DNA of 64,000 nucleotides, taken from a virus. Its lineage: Duplodnaviria; Heunggongvirae; Uroviricota; Caudoviricetes. The translations under genes and the position numbers were made by a program. A model generated the notes under the pieces. That model worked only from the letters and a program-made list of their open reading frames with translations. It made no database searches and was not told the origin of the DNA. This document shows positions 44,494 through 53,329 of this stretch, one piece after another. Within the stretch, counting starts at the first letter, position 1. Every line of letters begins with the position of its first letter. Location: IMG/VR virus record IMGVR_UViG_3300033156_000141, positions 19,092 through 83,091 of that record. One strand, written 5' to 3'.

Positions 44494-45318
44494 ATGAAGA
44501 ATTTCTATTGGCTGATTCAGGGTGATTGTTTAGAAGTTTTACCTACACTTCCAAATGATTTTGTCGATTTAATAGTCATTGATCCACCTTATGGACAAAC
44601 AGATTTCAAATGGGATAAATTTGAGGAATGGGAAATCTTATTCACAGAATTTAAAAGAATACTTAAAGATAATGGTCAGATGTTTGTTTTTGGAAAACTT
44701 CCTATGTTATATGAAGTTTATAGATATGCTATAGATTCCGATTTCATCTTTAGATACGAAATCATATGGGTTAAAAATCATCCAGCTCCTTATGCTACAA
44801 GTAAGAAACCATTGCAAGCACATGAAAATATCTTATGCTTTGCAAAAAAGAAATGTAAGATTTCTTCTTTGACTTTTAATCTGAAAGATATCATGATCAA
44901 TACTAAACCATCTCCTAGATGGGGATCACAAAAGAAGAATCTAAATCGACTACGGACTGGGTGGAGAAAAGATATTGATGTAAAAGAACAAAGAAAGAGA
45001 ATTAAAAGTTTTCCAAGAACTGTTATTAATGCTTCAATTGTTCATCCATTTCATTTACCTGATGAGTATAGGGGTCATCCTACTCAGAAACCAGAAAGAA
45101 TTATCAGATGGATAGTTCAATCATCTTCTAATATTGGAGAAATTGTACTAGATTCTTTCCTTGGTAGCGGTACTACTATGAAAGTTTGTCAAGATTTAAG
45201 TAGATCGTGTATTGGGATTGAGATTGTCCCAGAGTATTGTGAAATTACCAAAAAGAGATGCTTTGGCAGAACATTCTTAGATCGTGAAGTGGAGTATAAG
45301 TTTGAAGTATTTAAATAA
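44494..45318 (+). CDS. DNA methyltransferase (N6-adenine/N4-cytosine, beta-class, ParB-MTase-like)
   Basis: Motif IV LIVIDPPYG near the N-terminus and motif I VLDSFLGSGTT near the C-terminus. Confidence 0.8.
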   Translation: MKNFYWLIQGDCLEVLPTLPNDFVDLIVIDPPYGQTDFKWDKFEEWEILFTEFKRILKDNGQMFVFGKLPMLYEVYRYAIDSDFIFRYEIIWVKNHPAPYATSKKPLQAHENILCFAKKKCKISSLTFNLKDIMINTKPSPRWGSQKKNLNRLRTGWRKDIDVKEQRKRIKSFPRTVINASIVHPFHLPDEYRGHPTQKPERIIRWIVQSSSNIGEIVLDSFLGSGTTMKVCQDLSRSCIGIEIVPEYCEITKKRCFGRTFLDREVEYKFEVFK

Positions 45319-45341
45319 TTTGATATAGAAGATGAGACAAG

Positions 45342-45788
45342 TTGAAGATTTGTATGATATCTCCCAAACGATATAATAATGTCTATAGTGTTCTAAGATT
45401 AGCTGATGGTCTAGGAATAGAAGAACTTATCATTGTTTCTCCTAGAGATCTTATAAAAGAGAGATTAGAACGTAAGATTCGTTCTAATAGAGAACCATGG
45501 AACATTATTACTATCTTGGATTCTATTGATGAGCTTTTAGACTATATTAGTAACGAATACTTGGTGTCTATGGAGCTACATCCTAGAGCATGTGATATTA
45601 CAACATTTCAATGGAAGACTGAACCAATTATAATAGTAGGTCCAGAAGATAGCAGTGTACCAGATAAGATTATATCTATTTCAGATGATATAGTAAAGCT
45701 ACCTATGAAAGGCAAAGTTAGATGTCTTAATGTAGCTTGTGCAGCTACACTAGCTGCATGGGATTATATTTTGAAGTCAGGAGGATGA
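45342..45788 (+). CDS. SPOUT-class (SpoU/TrmH/TrmL-like) RNA 2'-O-methyltransferase, minimal form
   Basis: IIVGPEDSSVPDKI...VKLPMKGKVRCLNVACAATLAAWDY matches the SPOUT C-terminal knot motifs; 148 aa, like TrmL. Confidence 0.55.
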   Translation: MKICMISPKRYNNVYSVLRLADGLGIEELIIVSPRDLIKERLERKIRSNREPWNIITILDSIDELLDYISNEYLVSMELHPRACDITTFQWKTEPIIIVGPEDSSVPDKIISISDDIVKLPMKGKVRCLNVACAATLAAWDYILKSGG

Positions 45789-45791
45789 GAC

Positions 45792-46025
45792 ATGAAGTAT
45801 GGAAATGGTAAAGGTAAGGTTCTAAAGATTACGCCAATTGGAAAAATGGAATTTGACTTACCATCAGATGATAATGAACCACTAGTGATTTTGATATGCA
45901 TGGACTATAGAGATTTAGAGCTTTTGAGCAAAGAGTTAAATATCCAGATAGAATCAACCTATTACGGTGGGTTCTACATTAAAATTAAAAAAGGAGATCT
46001 GAAGATTATGTTTCTTGGCGTATAA
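45792..46025 (+). CDS. hypothetical protein (77 aa)
   Basis: ORF with SD GGAGGATGAGACATG. Confidence 0.4.
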   Translation: MKYGNGKGKVLKITPIGKMEFDLPSDDNEPLVILICMDYRDLELLSKELNIQIESTYYGGFYIKIKKGDLKIMFLGV

Positions 46026-46040
46026 GATTATGAGGAGATC

Positions 46041-46268
46041 ATGTTGAGAGTCGTCCAAAAGATAAGACACAAGCTTAGATGGTTATACGCTGAAATTAAA
46101 TACTTAGTTACCAGAGAAAAATATCAGATAGTGTTAGCTCCTCAAGCTAAGAAAGAGCTTGAAATGATAAAACAAAGTGATCCAGAAGGTTATGAGGAAA
46201 TAATGAGAGCTCTTGATAGGCTTTCTAGAAACCCTTATATTGGGGAACCAGTCGAAGATGAAGAATAG
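46041..46268 (+). CDS. hypothetical protein (75 aa)
   Basis: ORF. Confidence 0.4.
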   Translation: MLRVVQKIRHKLRWLYAEIKYLVTREKYQIVLAPQAKKELEMIKQSDPEGYEEIMRALDRLSRNPYIGEPVEDEE

Positions 46269-46417
46269 GTCGTGATAAAATATGGTTCACAGTTGGAGAG
46301 CATATAATATAGCACAAACAATTACAGATAGTCTTCTCAATGCAAAATGTATAGATATCAAGAATCGTGATAAAGCTAGAGGGATAATCCAGATAATATT
46401 AGAGGAGGAATTTACGT

Positions 46418-46675
46418 TTGAACAATGAGGAGAGTAGATCAGAACAGCTAGTTTGTTCCAAATGTAACAATAAAATAGAGGATCTATCTAAAGTAGTATG
46501 CTCAGAATGTTATGACAATCTTGAGTACGATTTGTATTATTCTGAGGAAGAGATAAGTAGCTTACGTAGAGAAATAGATGAGCTTAGGAAGAAACTAGAG
46601 GAACTTCAGTACGATGCTGATTATTGGTATTCTGAAGCTGAAAGACTTAAGAGAATAATATATTTGAGGAGATGA
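46418..46675 (+). CDS. zinc-ribbon + coiled-coil protein (85 aa)
   Basis: CSKCNN...CSECYD. Confidence 0.4.
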   Translation: MNNEESRSEQLVCSKCNNKIEDLSKVVCSECYDNLEYDLYYSEEEISSLRREIDELRKKLEELQYDADYWYSEAERLKRIIYLRR

Positions 46676-46917
46676 GTATGAAAGACACATCTTTTAGAGC
46701 ATTTCTAAAAATGGTATATAGAGTTACAAAGACTATTCCAAGAAGAATAAAGAATGGAGAAGTAGATCCAGCTATAATGGGAGTATCAGAAGCAATCCTA
46801 TGGCTATCAATAGGGACTGTTCTTTCATCTATTCATGAAATATTTTTCTTTATATTCCTACTATGGACTATTTTAAGAGTGGCGTACTGGATCTGGAGAG
46901 ATGTCAATGATAGATGA
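46672..46917 (+). CDS. small membrane protein (81 aa)
   Basis: ILWLSIGTVLSSIHEIFFFIFLLWTIL. Confidence 0.4.
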   Translation: MSMKDTSFRAFLKMVYRVTKTIPRRIKNGEVDPAIMGVSEAILWLSIGTVLSSIHEIFFFIFLLWTILRVAYWIWRDVNDR

Positions 46918-47055
46918 GATTGTTCTATACACTATACTCTTTCTATATGACGATATAGAAAAAGAATTTGTTAAGGAAAGAAATACTAATGAAGATAATA
47001 TAGATGATTTATTTGATACTGTCAAAGATGATAGTTACTAGAGGAGGTATGATAT

Positions 47056-47325
47056 ATGACAGACGAAGGACTCGCTGTAATAATAGTTGGAGTATTAGTA
47101 GTAGCTGCATTCTTTCTAGTAGCTATAGCTTCAACACTAATTGGAGCTTTCATTGGATGGGTAGTGAGTCTAACACCATTAGGACCAGGTGTTATGAAAA
47201 TATGGACTAAGCTTACTGGTATAGACTGTGAGCTATGGGAGCTTGGAGCTTTTCTAGGATTTGTAAGTGGATTCTTTAAGAGTATCATAAACTCTTTGGT
47301 CAAAAGCCTGAAAGATAGTGACTAA
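47056..47325 (+). CDS. small membrane protein (89 aa)
   Basis: Two hydrophobic helices; SD GAGGAGGTATG. Confidence 0.45.
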   Translation: MTDEGLAVIIVGVLVVAAFFLVAIASTLIGAFIGWVVSLTPLGPGVMKIWTKLTGIDCELWELGAFLGFVSGFFKSIINSLVKSLKDSD

Positions 47326-47331
47326 AATTAT

Positions 47332-47676
47332 TTGGTGATCTATATGAAGAAAATCTGGAAAGAGATAGTAAAGTTCAATAATATTTATTATCCATACTGG
47401 AGATTTAGAAAAGGACCAATGTTCTTTGCTGTAGCTCTAGCTGGTGAAACAGGAGAACTCTGTAATAGACTAAAGAAGCTATATGGTGGTGGTACTAATA
47501 TAGAGATAGTTACTATCGAAGACATAGGAGAAGAGGCATTTGACATTATAGTGTATCTTGTACTACTTCTGGAATCAATAGGAATCTCAGTAGATAAATT
47601 TCAGGAAATAGCTGATAAAAAGCTCAAAGTTCTCTATGATAGAATGAGATCTATCAGAGGTGATACTAGTGACTAA
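47332..47676 (+). CDS. MazG-like nucleoside triphosphate pyrophosphohydrolase
   Basis: ALAGETGELCNRLKK...EEAFDIIVYLVLL...K.KVLYDR = all-alpha NTP-PPase EExxE/D motifs. Confidence 0.65.
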   Translation: MVIYMKKIWKEIVKFNNIYYPYWRFRKGPMFFAVALAGETGELCNRLKKLYGGGTNIEIVTIEDIGEEAFDIIVYLVLLLESIGISVDKFQEIADKKLKVLYDRMRSIRGDTSD

Positions 47677-47872
47677 ACGAATAGTACTTGGAGAGGTTCG
47701 TGGATATTATAACGATAGGTTCTTCAAGATAGAGATAGGGAGAGACTGGATGTCATCTAAAGTATTAGTTAGAAACAACGTTTATTATGAAGAGCTAAAG
47801 AATGTAAAGAAAGTCACTCTTATAGTTGAAGCTGGATATCCGACTAAATTAGTTTTGGAGGTAGAGAATTAG
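47660..47872 (+). CDS. hypothetical protein (70 aa)
   Basis: ORF. Confidence 0.35.
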   Translation: MILVTKRIVLGEVRGYYNDRFFKIEIGRDWMSSKVLVRNNVYYEELKNVKKVTLIVEAGYPTKLVLEVEN

Positions 47873-48226
47873 ATGAGAATCTATATAGCTGGTCCATACA
47901 ATCCAGTCAATGCAAAGAACAAACATGAAGCTATTCAGCTAGCTGCTAAGAATGTGTATAGAGCTATAGAAGCTGCAATAGCACTAATAGAGAAAGGACA
48001 CTATCCATTTGTACCTCACTTGACACATTATATTCATACTCATCCAACATGTCCTAGAGACTATGGAAAATGGTGGTATGAATACGATATGACATTTCTA
48101 GAAAACTGGGCAGAAGCTCTGTTGTTTCTAGCTCCAAGCAAAGGTGCCAATAAGGAACTTGAGAGAGCTAAGAAACTTGGTCTTCAAATTTTCTATTCTA
48201 TAGATGAAGTACCAGAGAATGAGTAA
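47873..48226 (+). CDS. DUF4406/nucleoside 2-deoxyribosyltransferase-like protein
   Basis: N-terminal MRIYIAGPY motif typical of the Rossmann-like deoxyribosyltransferase-like family. Confidence 0.4.
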   Translation: MRIYIAGPYNPVNAKNKHEAIQLAAKNVYRAIEAAIALIEKGHYPFVPHLTHYIHTHPTCPRDYGKWWYEYDMTFLENWAEALLFLAPSKGANKELERAKKLGLQIFYSIDEVPENE

Positions 48227-48510
48227 TTGATTGGTGATGAGGAAGGTGATTGATATGATCCTATTTTTCCATTGGGTTGGATTTAAAGAATCACTTGAAA
48301 AGATTCTATCTAAGAGCTACAAACAAGATTGGAGGTGAAATAGTATGAAGAAAAATTGGGAATATATTAGAAGAGATATCAAGGAAATAGTAAAGATAGC
48401 TGCTGAGGTCTCATCAACATTAAAAGATCCAGAATTAAGTCTAAGAACTTTTGATATAGTCCTGAGATCTTTGTTGGATTCATATACTACGGAGCTCATG
48501 GAGATGTAAA

Positions 48511-49128
48511 GTGATGTTATCTATTTTGATAGGAGAACAGCCAGACATACTTAAACAAATACTTAATTTCTATCTATCTAGTGGTTCCAAGATACTAGAT
48601 ATTACATATGGTCATGGGAAACTGTATAAAGCTTCAGGGTATGTAAACTTTGATGAATATACTATAGTAAGTAATGATAGAGATCCAGAGTCACCAGCTC
48701 AGTATCATCTGCCTTTCTTTAAGCTAGAGGAAATAGCTAGAGAATGGGGATCGTTTGATGCTGTTATCTATGATCCACCTTACAAATATGATCAACCAAG
48801 TTACGTGTTTGAAATATCTAGAGAAAGAGATAGTGACTGGAAACCTATAAAGACCAAATGGACTGTAGAGCTTCAGATAGAAGCAGCTAAGACACTAAAT
48901 GCTATTCTACCCAAAATATTGAGAGACAATGGATATCTTATTTGTAAAATAATGGACACTAGACACAAAGGACATCTAGTACTTAATCATGTAATTCTAA
49001 TTCAAGAATTTACTAACTTTGAGCTTATAGATGTCATAGTATATGTTAGGACTATGATGGGATTGTTCAGAAACAATAGACACTCTCAAACTGCACATGG
49101 ATATTATTTGATATTTAGAAAGAAATAG
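48511..49128 (+). CDS. putative small DNA (adenine/cytosine-N) methyltransferase
   Basis: ILDITYGHGK (motif I-like) followed by AVIYDPPYKY (motif IV DPPY). Confidence 0.5.
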   Translation: MMLSILIGEQPDILKQILNFYLSSGSKILDITYGHGKLYKASGYVNFDEYTIVSNDRDPESPAQYHLPFFKLEEIAREWGSFDAVIYDPPYKYDQPSYVFEISRERDSDWKPIKTKWTVELQIEAAKTLNAILPKILRDNGYLICKIMDTRHKGHLVLNHVILIQEFTNFELIDVIVYVRTMMGLFRNNRHSQTAHGYYLIFRKK

Positions 49129-49437
49129 CTATATTCTGACTGAGTTTAATGAATTTATTAAGGTTATATGATGAGATATGTTCTGATCGGATTTTGTTTT
49201 GATGAGTTGAAATCTGTTGAGGTTAGATACAATGAAATTTATCTTCAAGAATAGGTTATGCTAAGGTCCGATAGGCTCTACTGGGAGTAAGATGGGATAT
49301 TTTGAGATGTGTCAAGCTGGCTTAGAACATTATTAGATTGTAAATACTCGTTATACTGAAATATTTTTGATTAGTTTTGTGTTTGTTCGGTTTGGCTCAG
49401 ATATGTTGAGTTTGTTTAATAGAGGTGAGGTGAATAT

Positions 49438-49956
49438 ATGAAAAAGAAATCTCTATCTAATATGAATGAAACGGAGCTAAGAGAATACAAAGTACCATTT
49501 CCAAAGACTGAAGATGAATTGCTTGATATTATCAGGCAGCTTGTAGATAGACCACATACCTATGGTACTTGTGTCTATGCCATGTCCATAGCTGGATTAG
49601 CTGCTTTTCGATATGTTGCTAGCAAATTAGGAACTACAGGATTTCAGTCTAGCTGTGCTGATCTAGATTTCTTAAGACGAAATAGAAGTATGAATCATGG
49701 ATTTAGAATCATTAATTACAACGATCTTATTTATCCTCAGTATTGTGATAGTGAATATTTCCCATGTTATCTTGAACTAATCAGAGATAATCTATCAGGA
49801 CTTCAAGAGCTAGTTAAAGAAAGAATGAAAGAATCTTCTGATGTTCATCCAGAAGTGTTAAATCATTGGAAATGGATACTTTCTCTCAATAAGGACAGGA
49901 TTGAAGAGCTAATAAAGAAACATGGGACTGGTCGTATCTATGAGGAACAACACTGA
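49438..49956 (+). CDS. hypothetical protein (172 aa)
   Basis: ORF with SD GAGGTGAGGTGA. Confidence 0.5.
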   Translation: MKKKSLSNMNETELREYKVPFPKTEDELLDIIRQLVDRPHTYGTCVYAMSIAGLAAFRYVASKLGTTGFQSSCADLDFLRRNRSMNHGFRIINYNDLIYPQYCDSEYFPCYLELIRDNLSGLQELVKERMKESSDVHPEVLNHWKWILSLNKDRIEELIKKHGTGRIYEEQH

Positions 49957-50107
49957 ACGTTGTTCCAATCCTTTTTCTTCTGTAAAGAAATGTAAAAACA
50001 CTGACATAGCTGTCTATATTTATTATAATGGTTCTATTCATCCTATATGCTACAAATGTTGGAAAGAAATAGCTAAATCTAATTTGGAATGGAAATACGA
50101 AAAGTGA
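49922..50107 (+). CDS. small Cys-rich protein (61 aa)
   Basis: CSNP...CKN...CYKC. Confidence 0.3.
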   Translation: MGLVVSMRNNTERCSNPFSSVKKCKNTDIAVYIYYNGSIHPICYKCWKEIAKSNLEWKYEK

Positions 50108-50113
50108 TGCAAA

Positions 50114-50737
50114 TTGAAATGTTCGATATGTAATAATGAGTTCTCTGATGAAGCTAAGCTAAAACACAAAACTATCTATCTCTGTGAGAGAGATGGATTA
50201 TTTGAACTAGTAGATAACAAACTTAGACCAATGATGTATCCATGTCCAAAATGTGGAATGTACTATCCTCCATTTAAACATGAGAATGGATATGCTTATA
50301 TGAACTGTATGGAACATGGAATATTCAAGACCAGTATCAAAGTTAGCTTTAACTTTAGAAAGTTCTGTTCTGAAGTAGCTTCCAAACCAAATAGAGATCC
50401 TAACTACTACACTCCAGGTGAAGACAAGATACGGAAAATGTTAGTTACTAAAGGTCTAGAAGAAGGAAAGGATTTTCATCATAACTATAGAATAATGATA
50501 AAGATAGGAAATCGTAAGAGATATTACTGGGTAGATTTCTATCTTCAAGACTATGGAGTAGTATTAGAGTACTCTCCAAGTATTTGGCATTGCATGTGGA
50601 ACAGAGAACTTAGTGATAGCATTAAATATAAGATTTTATCAGATATGGGAATCACTGTCTATGAGCTTACAGATAAGAACAAGAATGAATGGGAAAGAAT
50701 AATAAATGAGGTGATAGATAGTGTTAAAAAGATATAA
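50114..50737 (+). CDS. zinc-ribbon + Vsr-like/DUF559 PD-(D/E)xK endonuclease (free-standing homing-endonuclease-like)
   Basis: CSICNN...CPKCGMY; C-terminal YWVDFYLQDYGVVLEYSPSIWH...ILSDMGITVYELTD is homologous to the endonuclease block inside the RadA intein (AIFSDGEYWH...LIEAGWTVYRITD). Confidence 0.55.
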   Translation: MKCSICNNEFSDEAKLKHKTIYLCERDGLFELVDNKLRPMMYPCPKCGMYYPPFKHENGYAYMNCMEHGIFKTSIKVSFNFRKFCSEVASKPNRDPNYYTPGEDKIRKMLVTKGLEEGKDFHHNYRIMIKIGNRKRYYWVDFYLQDYGVVLEYSPSIWHCMWNRELSDSIKYKILSDMGITVYELTDKNKNEWERIINEVIDSVKKI

Positions 50738-50869
50738 AGTAGAAGTGACTATCCAGATGGATATAGATTCTGAATCAGCTCCAGAAGCTGTAAAAACCCT
50801 GTCATGGACAATTTATCATAAGCTACCATTAGCAAAGATAGTTGCTATCAAAGCTTCTGAGGTGTAGAT

Positions 50870-51235
50870 ATGAAACTTAGATTTAAACTATGGAAAAGCA
50901 AGATGGATAAGATAACTGATGCTGTCAAGGAAGTAGCTAACGAAATGGTAGAAAAATATGAGTTCTTAAATGATGCATATGTTGTCTATTCAGACAAAGA
51001 TAAAAATGAATATCTTATTGATTCGTTCTATCAGCTAAGATCTGAGATTATACCTAACAAGACTCTAAGGATATTCTTCTCAGTTACCAAGAAATCGGTG
51101 AAGGAGTCTGTTATGACACCAGAAAAAGCTTCTTCATTTTACAGAAAATTAGCTGAACAGATACTTGGTAATCTAAAGGAAGATATAGAGAGATATCAGA
51201 AAATTATAAATAGGACTCCAGCTGGATTAGTATAA
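50870..51235 (+). CDS. hypothetical protein (121 aa)
   Basis: ORF with SD GAGGTGTAGATATG. Confidence 0.45.
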   Translation: MKLRFKLWKSKMDKITDAVKEVANEMVEKYEFLNDAYVVYSDKDKNEYLIDSFYQLRSEIIPNKTLRIFFSVTKKSVKESVMTPEKASSFYRKLAEQILGNLKEDIERYQKIINRTPAGLV

Positions 51236-51255
51236 ACATTAGGAGGCATGAATAG

Positions 51256-51573
51256 ATGAGTGAGGAAATACCATTCTCAGAAATCAAGAAAAGAGTCGAT
51301 AATTTCTGGAATTATATTCTTGAAAAATATGAGATTCTTACTGACAAAATGACAGGTTACGAGGACGCTAATGATAGGTACTCCTTTGTATGTTATTTTG
51401 TTTATGGAAACAACAATGACAAGAGAACTTTAGGAGTTTCACTTCAATTCATGAAGTCTACTCTGAAAAGAGAATATGAAAACGTTATTGATGGACAATT
51501 TAGAGAGTGTGAACTGAGAATTGAGGAAGTGATCCAAGAGATTATGGATGAAATCATGGAGAGTGTAAAATGA
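51256..51573 (+). CDS. hypothetical protein (105 aa)
   Basis: ORF with SD AGGAGGCATG. Confidence 0.45.
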   Translation: MSEEIPFSEIKKRVDNFWNYILEKYEILTDKMTGYEDANDRYSFVCYFVYGNNNDKRTLGVSLQFMKSTLKREYENVIDGQFRECELRIEEVIQEIMDEIMESVK

Positions 51574-52562
51574 GAGATATTAGATTTTACAACTTGACTA
51601 GAGAAAGTCTGATAGAAGAAATTCGATCTAAAGAACCACTAAGATTAGCATTTCATGGAGATGCAGATGGACTAGCTTCAGCTTGTATCATAGCTAGTAT
51701 TTTCAAAGTCAGAGAGGATAGTGACTATCCATATAGTCCAGAGATATTTGGTGATTACGTTGATTCAGACTTAGCTGTAGACTTGGGTTCTCCATTAAAA
51801 GCTTATGACGGAATAATCATTGATCATCATCCAGATCATCCAGACTATCCAGACTATAAGCTAGTCTTGGGTATGGAACCTACTGGTGTAATTCTTTACA
51901 AGCTATTTGGAGACTTAATACCAGATGACAAAGTATGGCTAGTATGTTTATCAGCATGTGGAGATGGACAACCAGAAGTTATTCCAAATGAAGTATGGTT
52001 GAGAAGTCCATTTCTATGGGAAATGCAAGGAAAGATATACAGAGATCAGTATAGAAGAATAAAGACATATCCATATCCATTGTTCTCTATAATGTCTGGA
52101 CCAATAAACAGTATGTGTAGAATGGGAGATGTGATGGGAGCTTACAAGCTTCTTAGATCAGCTAAGAGTGTAAGAGAGATAATAAATAACCCAGTAGCTA
52201 AACGAGCTAGTGAAAAGCTTAGTGAAGAAATTAAAAGAATCTTCAATTCTAATCCGATTATTGAACAGGTAAAGCATGTCTCAATTGTTGTTATAGAGTC
52301 TGACTATTCAGTTTCAGGAAGAGTAGCTACGGAGCTTGCTAATTCAGAACCATACATGACATTTGTAGTTGTCAACAAGAAAACAAGATCTGTCTCTGTT
52401 AGAGGTATCTTGACAAAGTACATAACTGATGCTCTTTCTGAAAAGGGATACATAGCTGGTGGTCATGCTGGATTTGGTGGAGTATCTCTACTGAGTGAAG
52501 ATGAACAACCATTGGAAACATTTATAAAGGATCTAAGAGAAATAGCTAGAACACCGTTTTAG
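51570..52562 (+). CDS. DHH-DHHA1 phosphoesterase (NrnA/RecJ-like nuclease)
   Basis: LAFHGDADGLASA (motif I/II), IIIDHHPDHP (DHH), C-terminal DHHA1 AGGHAGFGG. Confidence 0.8.
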   Translation: MRDIRFYNLTRESLIEEIRSKEPLRLAFHGDADGLASACIIASIFKVREDSDYPYSPEIFGDYVDSDLAVDLGSPLKAYDGIIIDHHPDHPDYPDYKLVLGMEPTGVILYKLFGDLIPDDKVWLVCLSACGDGQPEVIPNEVWLRSPFLWEMQGKIYRDQYRRIKTYPYPLFSIMSGPINSMCRMGDVMGAYKLLRSAKSVREIINNPVAKRASEKLSEEIKRIFNSNPIIEQVKHVSIVVIESDYSVSGRVATELANSEPYMTFVVVNKKTRSVSVRGILTKYITDALSEKGYIAGGHAGFGGVSLLSEDEQPLETFIKDLREIARTPF

Positions 52563-52573
52563 GGTGAGAAGCT

Positions 52574-52789
52574 TTGAGAAGCTTGGCAGAGGATAAAGAG
52601 TACTGTCTCTTTGTGTCTACTCATTATGAATTTAAAGAAGAAGTATCTCTAGTTCCAGAATGGAGTGGAGATAGACCTATATTTCCTACCAGAACTGTTA
52701 TAGTGAAGAAACAGCTCTCTCTTTTTCAGAAGCTAAAATATTACTTTAATGATTTCAAGCTTTGGATAAGAGAAAGGTGGTTCTCTTGA
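52574..52789 (+). CDS. hypothetical protein (71 aa)
   Basis: ORF. Confidence 0.35.
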   Translation: MRSLAEDKEYCLFVSTHYEFKEEVSLVPEWSGDRPIFPTRTVIVKKQLSLFQKLKYYFNDFKLWIRERWFS

Positions 52790-53127
52790 TAAAAGTATAT
52801 GTAGATGGGAGTAGTAAATACAGTATCTCTGGAATAGTAGGAGACAAAGTATTTTATGAAAAGGTAAAAGCTAAGTCCAATGTTCATACAGAGTACCTAG
52901 CTATTGAAAAAGCTATATCAATGCTTGAAGACAATAGCTCTGCTATTATCTATTCTGACTCACAGGTCGTAATCAACCAGCTTAAACATGAGTATGGAAT
53001 AAACAAGGAATATTTGAGAGAATCAGCTGTAAGAATATGGAACATGATAAGTGAAAAGAACCTTGATGTGAAGTTTGAATGGATTCCTAGAAAGCTGAAT
53101 AAGGCAGGTAAGATTCTTGGTAGCTGA
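52762..53127 (+). CDS. RNase H (type 1)-like protein
   Basis: VYVDGSS, TEYLAIEKAI, IIYSDSQVV, FEWIPRKLNKAGKIL match the RNase H catalytic D-E-D-(D) blocks; TTG start. Confidence 0.6.
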   Translation: MDKRKVVLLIKVYVDGSSKYSISGIVGDKVFYEKVKAKSNVHTEYLAIEKAISMLEDNSSAIIYSDSQVVINQLKHEYGINKEYLRESAVRIWNMISEKNLDVKFEWIPRKLNKAGKILGS

Positions 53128-53329
53128 GATAGTTACTAAGTCTGGATACAAGATAATACAGGAAACATATAGAGTATGGAAGATCATATCTCCTAAAGGA
53201 AAGTTATACTATGTATGGTTGTGTAACAATAAGCTTGTATGTTCATGTCCTGCTTATTCGAAATATAGAGGACATTGTAAACACATAATGATGATGAATT
53301 TGTATGTATTTAAGGAGGGAATGAAATGA
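53117..53329 (+). CDS. SWIM zinc-finger protein
   Basis: CSCPAYSKYRGHCKHIMMM = CxCxnCxH SWIM signature. Confidence 0.55.
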   Translation: MVAEIVTKSGYKIIQETYRVWKIISPKGKLYYVWLCNNKLVCSCPAYSKYRGHCKHIMMMNLYVFKEGMK

